A stretch of 64,000 bases of DNA from Burkholderiaceae bacterium (GCA_947482555.1 CANKKB010000001.1:4278-68277), one strand, 5' to 3'. Numbered from the stretch's first letter, positions 1 through 11,366 are shown. Notes: generated from the sequence alone by a model not told the origin. Numbers and translations: made by a program.

Positions 1-1
1 T

Positions 2-1393
2 GTCCCCGCAGCACCTGCAACGCATGTGCTTGCTCTACGTGAGTTTGGCACGATCTCATTTGAAGAGGCGGCAACGCCAGCATTAGAACTTGCGAGAGAT
101 GGCTTTGCAATGTATCCCGAACTACATGACAGCTTAGAAAGTCATGCCGATACGATTGCCCTATTCCAAGAGAATAAAAATATTTTCCTTTCTGAGGGGC
201 ATCCTCCTGCTGTAGGGAGTCGATTTAAGCAAATTAATCTAGGCAATACAATCGCCCGTATGATTCAAGCCGAACGTTTAAGCACAGGTAATCGCGATAA
301 AAAATTAAGCGCTGTTCATGATTTTTTTTATCGTGGTGAAATTGCCAGGCAAATTGACCAATTTCATCGCTCACATGGCGGATTCATGCGTTTTGAAGAT
401 CTAGCTAATTTTGAAGTGCCAATTGAAGAGCCTATTTCTTGCAATTACCATGGATTAGATGTTTATACCTGTGATGTATGGTGCCAAGGCATTGTTCTAT
501 TGCTAGCATTAAAAATCCTGGAGCCAATTAATTTAGCAGAAATGGGTCATAACTCTACTGCTTATATTCATACTATTGCCAGTGCTTTGAATTTAGCTTT
601 TGGGGATCGAGAAGCATGGGTTGGTGACCCAAAATTTATTGATGTGCCCACGCGCGAATTACTTTCAATCGATCATGCACTCAAACAAATGGCACGTATT
701 GATCCAAATTATGCATTTTCTAGTCTCGTAGATGCCTTAGCTATAGATGGTCGGCAAGCCCCCCTTGCGGATCAGCTGTTACCGGCACAAGGTAAAACAC
801 CTTTGGCGCCAGATACTATTTATGGTTGTGTTGTTGATCGACACGGTAATGCTTATTCAGTTACACCTTCAGATACGATGTACGATATTCCAATGATTGA
901 TGGCCTTGGTCTAGCTATTTCTTCACGTGGTATGCAAGGCCGACTAGAGCCTAATCACCCTTGCTTTGTTCAGCCCGGAAAGCGACCACGTCTAACCCCA
1001 ACGCCTGCTATTGCGTTACGAGATGGTAATTTTGAAATGGCATGGGGAACTCCTGGAGGTGATGTTCAGTGTGCATCGATGCTACAAGTTCTGCTTAATA
1101 TCAGCCACTTTGGAATGTCATTACAACAGGCAATTGAATCCCCACGGGTTGCGCCATTTAATTTTCCAAACTCTTTTGCACCTAACGATTATTATCCGGC
1201 CCGCTTATGCGTAGAAAATCGTCTCCCAAAATCAACTATTCAATCACTCCTACAGCTAGGCTATGATATTGAATACTGGAATGAAAGAGAATATTATGCT
1301 GGCGCTGTCTGCGCGATTCGTCGTGATCAAGCAACGGGAATGTTACATGCGGGTGCAGACCCCCGTCGAGCTGCCTATGCATTAGCTTGGTAA
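2..1393 (+). CDS. gamma-glutamyltransferase family (Ntn-hydrolase) protein, N-terminus outside window
   Basis: Frame is open from position 2. GGT motifs: DT nucleophile in PDTIYGCVVDRHGN, PGKRPR, GTPGGD, C-terminal GADPRR. Confidence 0.85.
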   Translation, partial: VPAAPATHVLALREFGTISFEEAATPALELARDGFAMYPELHDSLESHADTIALFQENKNIFLSEGHPPAVGSRFKQINLGNTIARMIQAERLSTGNRDKKLSAVHDFFYRGEIARQIDQFHRSHGGFMRFEDLANFEVPIEEPISCNYHGLDVYTCDVWCQGIVLLLALKILEPINLAEMGHNSTAYIHTIASALNLAFGDREAWVGDPKFIDVPTRELLSIDHALKQMARIDPNYAFSSLVDALAIDGRQAPLADQLLPAQGKTPLAPDTIYGCVVDRHGNAYSVTPSDTMYDIPMIDGLGLAISSRGMQGRLEPNHPCFVQPGKRPRLTPTPAIALRDGNFEMAWGTPGGDVQCASMLQVLLNISHFGMSLQQAIESPRVAPFNFPNSFAPNDYYPARLCVENRLPKSTIQSLLQLGYDIEYWNEREYYAGAVCAIRRDQATGMLHAGADPRRAAYALAW

Positions 1394-1449
1394 TTACTGC
1401 ATCAGTATTAAACCAAATAAATAGTCAAGACAAATTATTGCCAAAAATG

Positions 1450-2676
1450 CTAATTAGGCTTTATTTTCTCTTGAATAATATTTGCAATCATTTCTGCAGT
1501 AACAGCTGACAAGGTCCAACCTAAATGGCCATGCCCTGTATTGTAAAAAACATTCGATTTTGAGCCTATGCCAATTTTTGGCATCATATTTGGCATCATT
1601 GGTCGCAAACCAGCCCAAGGAATAACAGATCTGGTACTCACTCCCGGAAAATATGCTGCAACCCAATCTATCAAAGGATTAATACGGTCCGCACGAATAT
1701 CATAATTTTTACCATTAAGCTCTGCAGTCCCAGCAACACGAAAACGTTCAAGGCCCAAGCGGCTAGTTACTAACTTGGCCTTATCATCCAGTATGCTGAC
1801 ATTAGGCGCGCTAGACTGGCTCTTTGCATCAGATAAATTAACAGTAATAGAATAGCCTTTAACGGGATAAATATTTATTCTATCGCCCAGTTGCGCCCCC
1901 AGATTTCTGCTTTCAGTTCCTGCGCAAACTACTACATTATCAAAAATTAACTGTTCAGAGTGACCATTTTTTTCAAAATTTAAAACTACACGCTTCCCAT
2001 CCGACTCAAGGTTATTCACTTGATGGTTATATAAAAATTTAACTCCCGCACGCTCTGCAGCTAAAGCCAGCCCATAAGTGAATTTATGAATGTCTCCAGT
2101 GGAATCGCTTTGAGTGTAGAAGCCTCCATAATATTTACCACTTAGGGCGGGTTCAATATCTTTCATCTCCTTAGGTGTGACTGCATCACGATGCAGTCCT
2201 CCCGCTGCCAATAATTTAGTTACTAGTTTGGCGTGATCAAAACTAACTTTATCGCGATAAATGTGTAAAATTCCATCTTTTTTAAGATCAAAATCAATGG
2301 ACTCTTCTTGAGCCCATGCAAATAGATACTTGCGCGCTTCAATCGCCAGACGAGTGGTCTCAATTGTATTTTTTTTATAATTTGGAATAGAGAAAATAAA
2401 CTCAGCTAGCCAAGATATTTTATGCCACTCTGGTTTTAGATTAATTAATAAAGGAGCATCTTTTTTAAGCAGCCATTTCATCCCATTTAGTATTGTAGGC
2501 ATATAGTTCCATACCTCTGCATTTGAAGCAGAAAGTTGTCCGCCATTGGCTAAGGAAGTTTCCATAGCAACATAACGATTTTTTTCAACAAGCGTAACGT
2601 TATAGCCACGTTTTATTAAGACATAAGCTGTAGTAACTCCAGTAATTCCGCCGCCAACGATAACAATAGATTGCAT
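1450..2676 (-). CDS. dadA: D-amino acid dehydrogenase (DadA-like FAD oxidoreductase)
   Basis: IVIVGGGITG FAD motif, TSLANGGQLS, IYPVKGYS, WAGLRPM, NTGHGHLGWT. Start placed at MQSIVIV (2676), downstream of the riboswitch. Confidence 0.85.
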   Translation of the reverse strand: MQSIVIVGGGITGVTTAYVLIKRGYNVTLVEKNRYVAMETSLANGGQLSASNAEVWNYMPTILNGMKWLLKKDAPLLINLKPEWHKISWLAEFIFSIPNYKKNTIETTRLAIEARKYLFAWAQEESIDFDLKKDGILHIYRDKVSFDHAKLVTKLLAAGGLHRDAVTPKEMKDIEPALSGKYYGGFYTQSDSTGDIHKFTYGLALAAERAGVKFLYNHQVNNLESDGKRVVLNFEKNGHSEQLIFDNVVVCAGTESRNLGAQLGDRINIYPVKGYSITVNLSDAKSQSSAPNVSILDDKAKLVTSRLGLERFRVAGTAELNGKNYDIRADRINPLIDWVAAYFPGVSTRSVIPWAGLRPMMPNMMPKIGIGSKSNVFYNTGHGHLGWTLSAVTAEMIANIIQEKIKPN

Positions 2677-2736
2677 TTTATTGATCCAATTAACGTCGAA
2701 GGAATATAAAACAAACGGCAAAATGCAGTTTGAATA

Positions 2737-2930
2737 CCCCCTCTGTTTTGGACCTGAGAGATTCGCAACCGTTGATTTGGCTGTTTGCTCCTGCGGTGTA
2801 TTGGCCGACTGATTACCAATAACTCTTCAGAGTTTGATATAAATACCGGTTCTTTTGCCTGAGAGTTTCCAGGGTGGTTGCTCCTTCGGCGCCTCAAAAT
2901 AAATTATTTCGCGGTCTCTCCCGGTTATTT
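2737..2930 (-). promoter_or_regulatory. tandem glycine riboswitch upstream of dadA
   Basis: Minus strand reads GGGAGAGACC...GCGCCGAAGGAGCAA...AAACTCTCAGGCAAAAGAACC, then CTCTGAAGAG...CACCGCAGGAGCAA...ATCTCTCAGG...ACAGAG, the two-aptamer glycine riboswitch pattern. Confidence 0.9.
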
Positions 2931-2988
2931 CTTTGCTTATTATTTTTATATTTCTAGTGCATAGGAAAAATTCCTTAAACAAAAAAAA

Positions 2989-3552
2989 TTAGGACTTAGC
3001 AATTGAAAATTCCTTACAAATAGTTTTCATCAGCAAATCTACATAACCTACAAAACTACTACGAACCAAAAGCTCATAAATTGGCTCATCACTAGTTTTC
3101 CAGACCCATATAGATGTATTAAAAAAGACTGATCCAGCGCTTTGACCAACCTTAAAGTGGCGCGAATGAAAATCTAATGGGCATCCCTGTGCCAAAACTT
3201 CGCCAACTCGTCCCCCGGAAAGCCTTAATATTCGATAGCCCCCAGAAACATCTGTAACCGCTGAATTAGTTCCTTTGCATGAATCCTTGAGTGATTGATA
3301 CATATCAGAAGCTGACATTTTTTCACTAAGCCAGAACCAATCATCCGGTCCTGCCCAAATAATTTTATTTCCATCTTCCAGCAAAGTAGAACATTCTGTA
3401 ATAGGTAGTTTTAATTTAGTCCCCTTTTCTATAGATGCAAGAAAAATTGGATCTTTAATATCACCTCGAAAATTAATGATATTCCAGTATTTTAGCCAAC
3501 TCAAACTAAGTTGATCTTTTTCATGCGTAACTTGTGAGTGGTATTTAGGCAT
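2989..3552 (-). CDS. soxG: sarcosine oxidase gamma subunit
   Basis: WAGPDDW, VTDVSGG, LAQGCPLDFH, VRSSF motifs; follows soxA. Start placed at MPKY (3552). Confidence 0.85.
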   Translation of the reverse strand: MPKYHSQVTHEKDQLSLSWLKYWNIINFRGDIKDPIFLASIEKGTKLKLPITECSTLLEDGNKIIWAGPDDWFWLSEKMSASDMYQSLKDSCKGTNSAVTDVSGGYRILRLSGGRVGEVLAQGCPLDFHSRHFKVGQSAGSVFFNTSIWVWKTSDEPIYELLVRSSFVGYVDLLMKTICKEFSIAKS

Positions 3553-6541
3553 TTTGACGTTCAGATAATTGATCATAAAAGTTTGGAGAAACAATTTCTG
3601 CCTCGACCCACTTATTTATACCAATTGAAATAATTAATTTTTCACCTAACCGTGACAGTCCTCCATTTACTAATGCAAGCGAAATAGAGCGATTAAGTGT
3701 GGGGCTAAAGTAACTAGAAGTGACGTGGCCCTGCATTGAAGTGGGTATTTTTTGGGGATCTCCACAAATGATTTGTGATCCCTCTGGAATTACAATGAAC
3801 CGATCAGTCGTTAATAATCCAACAAATTGCTTTCTATCAGGTCTTGTCGTATCACTTCTAGCTAGAGATCTCTTCCCTAAAAAATCCTTATTTTTGGATA
3901 ACAATCCTCCCATACCTAAATCAATTGGTGTAGTTGACCCATCTGTATCCTGCCCAACAATAATGTAGCCTTTTTCTGCGCGCAAGATATGCATAGCCTC
4001 TGTTCCATAAGGAGTGATGCCAAATGATTTACCACTTTCATATATTGAATTCCAAAGTTTTAAACCATCAGAACTTGAAACACTAATTTCATAACTTCTC
4101 TCACCTGTAAAGCTAATACGCATAATACGTGCTTGCAATCCAGCAACTTCGCCACTTCTACATGACATAAACGGAAAGGCGTCATCATCAAAATTTATGT
4201 CTGAGCATAAGCTCTGCAACACACTTCGACTATGAGGCCCAACAATTGCTGTTGTTGACCAATGATCAGTAACTGAAGTTAGAAAAACCTTTAAATGAGG
4301 CCATTCGGTCTGTAGCCATCTTTCCATCCAGGCTAAAACTCTAGCCGCACCACCTGTTGTGGTGTGCATTAAAAAATGATCTTCATCCAATTTTACCGTT
4401 ACGCCATCATCAAAAACCATGCCATTTTCATCAAGCATTAATCCATATCTACATTTTCCTATTTCTAAATTTGTCCAATTATTGGTATAAATTAAATTTA
4501 AAAAATTAACAGCATCTGGGCCTTGAATATCAATTTTTCCAAGAGTTGATGCATCAAGAATTGCCACACCATTTCGCGCCGCCAAGACTTCCCTTTGAAC
4601 TGCGGAATGCATATCTTCACCATTTTTTGGATAGTACCAAGGACGCTTCCACTGGCCTACATCTTCAAATTCAGCCCCATATTCTTCATGCCAACTATGA
4701 ATAGGGGTAGTTCTAATTGGCTCAAATGCATCCCCTAATTCAACTCCTGCAAGTAAGCCAAAGGTTACTGGGGTGTAATTAGGGCGAAATGTAGTGGTGC
4801 CAACCTCTGGGATCGACTTCCCTAATGCCTCCGCTACAATTCCCATTCCATTAATGTTCCCTGTTTTACCTTGGTCCGTACCAAATCCCATGGCTGTATA
4901 GCGTTTCACATGTTCAATTGATTCAAACCCCTCCCTTACCGCCAAATATAAATCTGATGCTGCTACGTCATTTTGAAAATCAACAAATTGTTTTGGGGCC
5001 CTACTAACAGATTGAGTATGCGGAACTAGCCATAATGGTCTGATGGGTCCAAAAATAACAGGCTCGATTAATGGAGAATATTCCTCGATTCGATTAAATC
5101 CAGCTGCTATGGCAGCTTTTTTACCAGCATCTTTTCCACTAATTGCGCAATTTAGAAGGCCAAACACGCCTGCGCAAGCACCAGCAGAAAACTCGCCCTG
5201 CAAAGAATTGGCCGTTATAAAAGCACTAATATCTTCGCTCCATTTAGATTTCGACCCTGCCTGCGATTGCAAATGAATAACAGGACTAAACCCCCCAGAA
5301 ATTGCTAATAAATCACATGAAATTGATTCAATAGCACCAGTCAGTTGACCATTACTATCAATTGATTGCATCATTACTTTTTCTAAATGGCGCGTCCCTT
5401 GGGCCTCAATAATTACAGCCCCACTATTTATTAAAATACCAGACTGCTCTGCTTTTTTTGGAAGATCGCCGTCAAGAATTGGACGCGCATCGATGATCCT
5501 TACGGCTGCGCCCATCCCTTTATATGCTAGAGCCGCGTCATACGCATTGTCATTATTTGTAAAAATAATGACCTGTTGCCCCAGTAAAACACCATATCGG
5601 CGCAAATAAGTACTTACCGCAGATGCAAGCATAATGCCAGGCAAGTCATTATTGGAGAAAACTAATGGTCGCTCATGTGCACCAGTAGCAATTACGACCT
5701 CCTTTGCGCGAACCTTCCACAATCGCTCCCTAATCTTTGGTTGGTCTTGAAGCGGCAAGTAATCGGCTCTTTTTTCAGATAAGGTTAAATACCGATGATC
5801 ATGAAAACCAAATGCTGTCGTTCTTGTTAAGATCTTTACCTCTGGAAAATTTTCTAATTTGTGTAATAATTTTTCTACCCAACTTGATGCTGACATGCCA
5901 TCGATAACCTCTGCGCTTGATAGAAGCCAGCCACCTAGTTCGGCTTGCTCATCGCATAAAATTACTCTTGCACCTGATGAGCCTGCAGTTAATGCAGCGT
6001 TTAAACCTGCAATACCACCTCCCACTATTAATACATCGCAATGCACAAATTGTTTATCGTAATAATCGGGATCGGGAAGACTTGGTGAGCGTCCCAAGCC
6101 ACTTATTTGACGAATGTACTTTTCAAAAAAATGCCATACACCCTGTGAAGCCATAAAAGTTTTGTAATAAAAGCCGGCAGGTAAAAAACGGCTAATCCAT
6201 CCATTCATTGCGCCATAATCAAATTCAACGCTTGGTTTTACATTAACTGAATAAGCTACCAATCCTTCAACTAACTCTACCTCAGTCATTTTTGCATTTG
6301 GTATAGTTCGATCTCCATCAAATAATTGCACCAATGCATTCGGCTCCTCTACTCCGCTAGCTATTACACCGCGAGGTCGATGGTACTTCCAGCTTCTAGC
6401 TACCAATCGAATATTACTTGCTAATAAAGCAGCTGCGAGAGTATCGCCATGAAAACCACTATATGAGCGGTTATTAAACTTGAAACTAATTGGTTTTTTA
6501 CGATCAATGCGACCGCCAGATTTAATTCTCATTTGGTTCAA
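3545..6541 (-). CDS. soxA: sarcosine oxidase alpha subunit
   Basis: GDTLAAALLA, RSWKYHRPRG, AGFYYKTFM, KRYTAMGFGTDQGK and a C-terminal GcvT-like folate-binding domain; 998 aa. Confidence 0.95.
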   Translation of the reverse strand: MNQMRIKSGGRIDRKKPISFKFNNRSYSGFHGDTLAAALLASNIRLVARSWKYHRPRGVIASGVEEPNALVQLFDGDRTIPNAKMTEVELVEGLVAYSVNVKPSVEFDYGAMNGWISRFLPAGFYYKTFMASQGVWHFFEKYIRQISGLGRSPSLPDPDYYDKQFVHCDVLIVGGGIAGLNAALTAGSSGARVILCDEQAELGGWLLSSAEVIDGMSASSWVEKLLHKLENFPEVKILTRTTAFGFHDHRYLTLSEKRADYLPLQDQPKIRERLWKVRAKEVVIATGAHERPLVFSNNDLPGIMLASAVSTYLRRYGVLLGQQVIIFTNNDNAYDAALAYKGMGAAVRIIDARPILDGDLPKKAEQSGILINSGAVIIEAQGTRHLEKVMMQSIDSNGQLTGAIESISCDLLAISGGFSPVIHLQSQAGSKSKWSEDISAFITANSLQGEFSAGACAGVFGLLNCAISGKDAGKKAAIAAGFNRIEEYSPLIEPVIFGPIRPLWLVPHTQSVSRAPKQFVDFQNDVAASDLYLAVREGFESIEHVKRYTAMGFGTDQGKTGNINGMGIVAEALGKSIPEVGTTTFRPNYTPVTFGLLAGVELGDAFEPIRTTPIHSWHEEYGAEFEDVGQWKRPWYYPKNGEDMHSAVQREVLAARNGVAILDASTLGKIDIQGPDAVNFLNLIYTNNWTNLEIGKCRYGLMLDENGMVFDDGVTVKLDEDHFLMHTTTGGAARVLAWMERWLQTEWPHLKVFLTSVTDHWSTTAIVGPHSRSVLQSLCSDINFDDDAFPFMSCRSGEVAGLQARIMRISFTGERSYEISVSSSDGLKLWNSIYESGKSFGITPYGTEAMHILRAEKGYIIVGQDTDGSTTPIDLGMGGLLSKNKDFLGKRSLARSDTTRPDRKQFVGLLTTDRFIVIPEGSQIICGDPQKIPTSMQGHVTSSYFSPTLNRSISLALVNGGLSRLGEKLIISIGINKWVEAEIVSPNFYDQLSERQNA

Positions 6542-6827
6542 AATTCCGATTAGACTGTTCTAGTGGTTCAGCCCCAATTTTCCAGGTTGACTTAATTTGA
6601 TATGTGACCGTATCACGCAAAACATTGAACCACTTACCGCAACCACTTATATGACGCCATTGTTCATGATTTATGCCTTTTACATTTCGGCGCATGAATA
6701 AGTATTCACCCCACTCTTGATCTGTTAAATTTTCTGAAGAGGTAGGACGAATAATCCCCCCTTCTCCGCCATAGGTAAATTCGATTTCAGCGCGTAGGCC
6801 GCACCAGGGGCAGTTAATTAATAGCAT
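6522..6827 (-). CDS. soxD: sarcosine oxidase delta subunit
   Basis: CPWCG...EF.YGGE...EQWRH..GC Zn-binding pattern between soxB and soxA. Confidence 0.95.
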   Translation of the reverse strand: MLLINCPWCGLRAEIEFTYGGEGGIIRPTSSENLTDQEWGEYLFMRRNVKGINHEQWRHISGCGKWFNVLRDTVTYQIKSTWKIGAEPLEQSNRNFEPNEN

Positions 6828-6834
6828 ATTTTTA

Positions 6835-8079
6835 CTAGTGAGCTACCGCAGCAGCACCGTGCTCATCAATTAGATGACCAGTGTTAAATCTATTCAGGCT
6901 AAAAGGTTCATTTAAGTAATGCGGTCTATCTTGCGCAATCGTATGAGCCATTACCCAGCCAGAGCTTGGGGTAGCCTTAAACCCACCTGTACCCCACCCA
7001 CAATTAATATATAAACCCTTGATAGGAGTCAAACCAATTATCGGACAAGCATCCGGTGAAACATCAACAATTCCACCCCACTGACGATTCATTCGAACCC
7101 GTGAAAAAATAGGGAACATTTCTATAATCGCCTTTAAAGTCTGCTCAATTGTTTGAAAACTTCCTCGCTGCCCATATCCAGCATAGGAATCGATACCAGC
7201 GCCTATAACTAAATCACCTTTATCAGATTGACTTATGTATGCATGAATTGCATTACTCATAACTACCGTTGGAAAAATAGGCTTCATTGACTCTGATACA
7301 AGGGCCTGAAGCGGATGGCTTTCAATTGGCAAACGAATTCCTGCCATACTTGCTACTACGCTGGAGTGCCCTGCGGCAACTAGACCCACTTTCTTAGTCT
7401 TAATAAATCCCTTTATAGTTTCAATACCTACAATCGCATTACCCTCCCGTCGGATACCGGTTACCTCACAGTTCTGGATAATGTCAACGCCCAAAGCATC
7501 GGCTGCCCTTGCATAGCCCCAGGCAACTCCATCATGTCGGGCAACTCCACCTCTTCTTTGAAATGAAGCGCCAAAAATAGGGTAACGCGTATTTAAATTG
7601 ATATAAGGAATCATCTCCTTTATTTGGATTGGATCAATTACTTCTGCATCAATCCCATTAAGTCGATTAGCGCTAACTCTACGCTCAATATCACGCATGT
7701 CTTGAAGCGAGTGGCCAAGGTTCATGACACCACGCTGACTAAACATTACGTTATAGTTTAAATCTTGGGAAAGCCCCTCCCAAAGCTGCATGGCCTTTTC
7801 ATAAAGGCGGGTGGACTCATCCCAAAGATAATTTGATCTTACTATCGTTGTATTGCGCGCGGTATTCCCCCCTCCAAGCCATCCACGCTCAACCACCGCA
7901 ATATTTCGCATACCGTGTTCTTTAGCCAAATAATATGCAGTTGCAAGGCCATGGCCGCCAGCGCCCACAATAACTGCATCATATTCACGCTTTAACTCGG
8001 GAGATCTCCATTGCTTCTGCCAGCCTTCGTTATAAGATAAGCCATTTCGCAGTAACGACCAAATAGAAAAGTGTTGCAT
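6835..8079 (-). CDS. soxB: sarcosine oxidase beta subunit
   Basis: [59 protein letters not shown]. Confidence 0.97.
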   Translation of the reverse strand: MQHFSIWSLLRNGLSYNEGWQKQWRSPELKREYDAVIVGAGGHGLATAYYLAKEHGMRNIAVVERGWLGGGNTARNTTIVRSNYLWDESTRLYEKAMQLWEGLSQDLNYNVMFSQRGVMNLGHSLQDMRDIERRVSANRLNGIDAEVIDPIQIKEMIPYINLNTRYPIFGASFQRRGGVARHDGVAWGYARAADALGVDIIQNCEVTGIRREGNAIVGIETIKGFIKTKKVGLVAAGHSSVVASMAGIRLPIESHPLQALVSESMKPIFPTVVMSNAIHAYISQSDKGDLVIGAGIDSYAGYGQRGSFQTIEQTLKAIIEMFPIFSRVRMNRQWGGIVDVSPDACPIIGLTPIKGLYINCGWGTGGFKATPSSGWVMAHTIAQDRPHYLNEPFSLNRFNTGHLIDEHGAAAVAH

Positions 8080-8269
8080 TAATTACGAGCCCAAGCATTT
8101 AAAAAATCTGAAAGGAGTAACCACACAAAATTAACTGTAAATCGCTTCATCTGTGTATTTCTTACTATAGTCACACTAATTATTAATATTTGTTATTCAA
8201 AAAACGTCATTTATTATAATTAATACGACAAAAATACTAGAATTTATGACCGAATATGCAATCTAATTT

Positions 8270-9280
8270 TTAATTCATCTTCACGTCTTCTAAACTTTGA
8301 TTTTTAAGTTGCTCTCTAAGTAGTTTAGGTGAAATGCCATATTTTATTTTAATAAAACGAGAAAATTGAGATGAATCTTGGAACCCAGACTCTATAGCAA
8401 CGTCGGTAATACTTATATTAGAGCTCCTCAGCAACGTCACAGCTCGTTGCAAGCGTAATAGTAAGCGGTACTGCGCGGGGCTAATGCCAATATCCTTGGA
8501 AAATTTACGCTCTAGTTGACGCCTACCAATGCCGAGTGAATTAAGCGAGTCAGTTACGGGACCTTGATATTGTAAAAATTGCTCTATAACCAACATTGCT
8601 TTATGAACCATTGGATCTCGCGAGCTTTTAGTTAAAACTTTCTCGGGCTGTAATGTTGTTGAGGGTAATGGTTGATTCTCTAGCATGACGCGCAAAGCCT
8701 TAACGGCCATTGATCTGCTTATATGCTTTTCGATAATATGAGCAGCCAAATGAACAACGCTTGTACCTCCAGCACAAGTCATGCGATCACGATCAATAAC
8801 AAACATTTGATTGGAAGTAATGCGGCATTTAGGATAATCAGCAATAAACTCATCTCGATGAAACCAGCTTATACAAGATAAATAACCATTCAATAATCCA
8901 GCTTTAGCTAGAAGAAATGATCCAGTACATAAGCCAACTAAATTGACATTTACAGATGCAGCAGACCTTAAAAATTTTAAATGCTTTTCTAATGGGCTCT
9001 GAACTCCATGTAACAGTCCGCCTACAATCACTAGATAATCAAATATACTGGGGTCGTCCATAAGAACTGTTGGCATTACGGAAACACCGCAGCTAGAAAT
9101 AATAGGCAAATTATCAACCCCTAATATCTCCCAATCGCAGAAATTTTTTTGACTTCGATCACCCTCATCTGCTGCTAGTCTTAAGGCATCAATAAAACCA
9201 GCGAAAGCAATTAAAGTAAATTTTGGCGCCAATATAAAACCAACTTTAAGTTTTTTATGATTTTTGTCTAAATAGGTCAT
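8270..9280 (-). CDS. GlxA/GbdR/SouR-type AraC regulator (DJ-1-like sensor domain plus AraC HTH)
   Basis: F..FIDALRLAADEGD, GLCTGSFLLA, RRQLER, GFQDSSQFSR; lies directly upstream of the sox genes. Confidence 0.9.
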   Translation of the reverse strand: MTYLDKNHKKLKVGFILAPKFTLIAFAGFIDALRLAADEGDRSQKNFCDWEILGVDNLPIISSCGVSVMPTVLMDDPSIFDYLVIVGGLLHGVQSPLEKHLKFLRSAASVNVNLVGLCTGSFLLAKAGLLNGYLSCISWFHRDEFIADYPKCRITSNQMFVIDRDRMTCAGGTSVVHLAAHIIEKHISRSMAVKALRVMLENQPLPSTTLQPEKVLTKSSRDPMVHKAMLVIEQFLQYQGPVTDSLNSLGIGRRQLERKFSKDIGISPAQYRLLLRLQRAVTLLRSSNISITDVAIESGFQDSSQFSRFIKIKYGISPKLLREQLKNQSLEDVKMN

Positions 9281-9295
9281 AGGCTAAAATTTTAA

Positions 9296-10261
9296 CTAAC
9301 CATCATTTAAGGCGTAAGACTCTAGATATCGGTGAAAACGATTTTCAACTACATTATTATTCTCAGTGACCCAACAGGCATAACTTGGAATTAAATCCTT
9401 TATATTGATAATTGGCTTGACCAATACGCCAGCTCTCTGCAGATTTCGTGCGCATCCCGCATAAACACTTAAACCGACGCCAGCAGCAACCATTCCTAGG
9501 ATACCGGTTGTGCTTGATGCCTCTTGAATTATCTTGGGGTGAAAACCCACAGCATGGCATATAGGGAAAAATAATTGGCGAAAAGTGCCAAATGAATCCT
9601 CATTTCCGAGGACAAACGATAAGTCTGCAAGATCTTCAATCTTAATTTCTGAATTTTTAGCTAATGGATGTTGCTCCGGCACTAAAGCAACATAATCATA
9701 TTTTTCAATTAATATATTTTTAACTTTATTGCTGTTTAATTTGCCAATGATAATTGCAACATCTAATTTACCCTCAATTAAATCCTTTTTTTGGCTTTGG
9801 GTGGGGCCATAACGAAGATCAATAATATCGTCAGGAAACTCGTTATGAAAATTATTAAAGATTTCAGGCAGGCAACCATTAATGGCAAAATCCATATAGC
9901 CCACCTTGATTCTTTTTGTACTTAAGTTAGTAGCTCCGCTAGCGGCAGCCCTAGCTCGCTCAATGTGAACTAGTGCAAGCCGCGCCTCCACGGCAAATGC
10001 TTCTCCAGCAGCGGTCAACCTAACTTTTCGTGTAGAACGCTCGAATAAAATTACTCCTAGAGCTTCTTCTAACGATTGCACTGACCTTGATAAGGCTGAC
10101 TGGCTTACAAATAATCGTTCGGCAGCTTTCCCATAATGAAGTTCTTCGGCTACATGTAAGAAAACATTGACTTGTCTTATATCAAACCTGGTCGCATTAA
10201 AAGTTAGGGGTATTGACGTGCTCATAGCCTTATTAAATAAGTATTCATGCAATTTGTGCAT
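9296..10261 (-). CDS. LysR-family regulator (true start may be the downstream Met, MSTSIP)
   Basis: VAEELHYGKAAERLFVSQSALSRSVQSLE...LFERSTRKVRLT; divergent from the amidase gene. Confidence 0.93.
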   Translation of the reverse strand: MHKLHEYLFNKAMSTSIPLTFNATRFDIRQVNVFLHVAEELHYGKAAERLFVSQSALSRSVQSLEEALGVILFERSTRKVRLTAAGEAFAVEARLALVHIERARAAASGATNLSTKRIKVGYMDFAINGCLPEIFNNFHNEFPDDIIDLRYGPTQSQKKDLIEGKLDVAIIIGKLNSNKVKNILIEKYDYVALVPEQHPLAKNSEIKIEDLADLSFVLGNEDSFGTFRQLFFPICHAVGFHPKIIQEASSTTGILGMVAAGVGLSVYAGCARNLQRAGVLVKPIINIKDLIPSYACWVTENNNVVENRFHRYLESYALNDG

Positions 10262-10373
10262 TAATACTACATGAATTAATATAAATAAATCAAATTTTAA
10301 GACATAAAATTAAAAATTAGGGCTAAGTTACCCCTATCTAGGCATAAATCTTAACCAAATAGAAAAGGCAAAT

Positions 10374-11069
10374 ATGACAGATTTAGAACAAGTACTGGAA
10401 GCGGCTTTTGCTGAAGCTACACGTAAATATCAAAGTAGCGGTTTTCAACGCCGCGTTGGCTTTGGCAAGCGGCCGGCCTTAATTAGTGTAGATCTAGCAA
10501 ATGCATGGACCCGACCTGGCAACCCTTTTACATGCGAACATATTGACGATCAAATAATTCCTTCAATGCAAAAACTTTTAGTTGCATTTAGAAAATACAA
10601 TTTTCCAGTTGTTCATGTAACCACCTGCTACCAAATCACGGATAGAGAAAATCCCTATACTGATATGGGCCTGTGGCATAACAAAATTCCAGTTGATGTT
10701 GTGGACCAAAGTGATACCGAACTTTGGGCAATTGATTCAAGAATTGCCCCAATTGAAGGAGAACAGTTACTTATTAAGAAGCGAGCAAGCGCCTTTCACG
10801 GAACCTATTTGGCTGGATTTCTAAGATCTGCAAACGTCGATACAATTTTGGTAACGGGAGTTACTGCATCGGCATGTGTTAGGGAAACAATTTGTGATGG
10901 ACTGGCAGATGGTTTTCGAACAATTGCTGTAAAAGAGGCAATTGGCGATAGAGTTCCTGGAGCCGTATTATGGAATTTATTTGATATTGATGCTAAATTT
11001 GGCGATGTGGAGACCACTGAAACTTGCTTAAAGTATTTAGATAGAATTGGTGCAGAACAGCAAATCTAA
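10374..11069 (+). CDS. N-carbamoylsarcosine amidohydrolase (isochorismatase/cysteine hydrolase family)
   Basis: GFQRRVGFGKRPA, DLANAWT.PG.PF.C, DMGLW..KIP, K.RASAF.GT, catalytic CVR, GDRVPG.V.WNLFDIDAKFGDVE. Closely follows the Arthrobacter CSHase sequence as I recall it; adjacent to sox. Confidence 0.85.
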   Translation: MTDLEQVLEAAFAEATRKYQSSGFQRRVGFGKRPALISVDLANAWTRPGNPFTCEHIDDQIIPSMQKLLVAFRKYNFPVVHVTTCYQITDRENPYTDMGLWHNKIPVDVVDQSDTELWAIDSRIAPIEGEQLLIKKRASAFHGTYLAGFLRSANVDTILVTGVTASACVRETICDGLADGFRTIAVKEAIGDRVPGAVLWNLFDIDAKFGDVETTETCLKYLDRIGAEQQI

Positions 11070-11366
11070 AAATCAAATTTAGTATGTCTTGATTTTATTA
11101 AATTATGACGCTTTTTGCATATCAAGTATTGTTAATTGATGTAACTATACAAATTGTTAATACTAATTTTTCATGAATTGAATTTCCTTATCTTTGCAAA
11201 AATTTCTTGCTTGAAACATTAAGTATTGGGAATCTTGCTTATTCAGTTAGGCAGTTTGAGGAATGAAGTGTGATCAGTGAGTCCTCTTGGACTGGTCTGG
11301 AATTTGCAATAGTGCATTAGATATAAGTTATTTTTTAACTCAAGTTAAATCCTAAAAGGGGTTGTT

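Noticed and set aside
2616-2897. 93-aa minus-strand ORF
   Set aside because: It overlaps the glycine riboswitch and the dadA start and has no protein motif.
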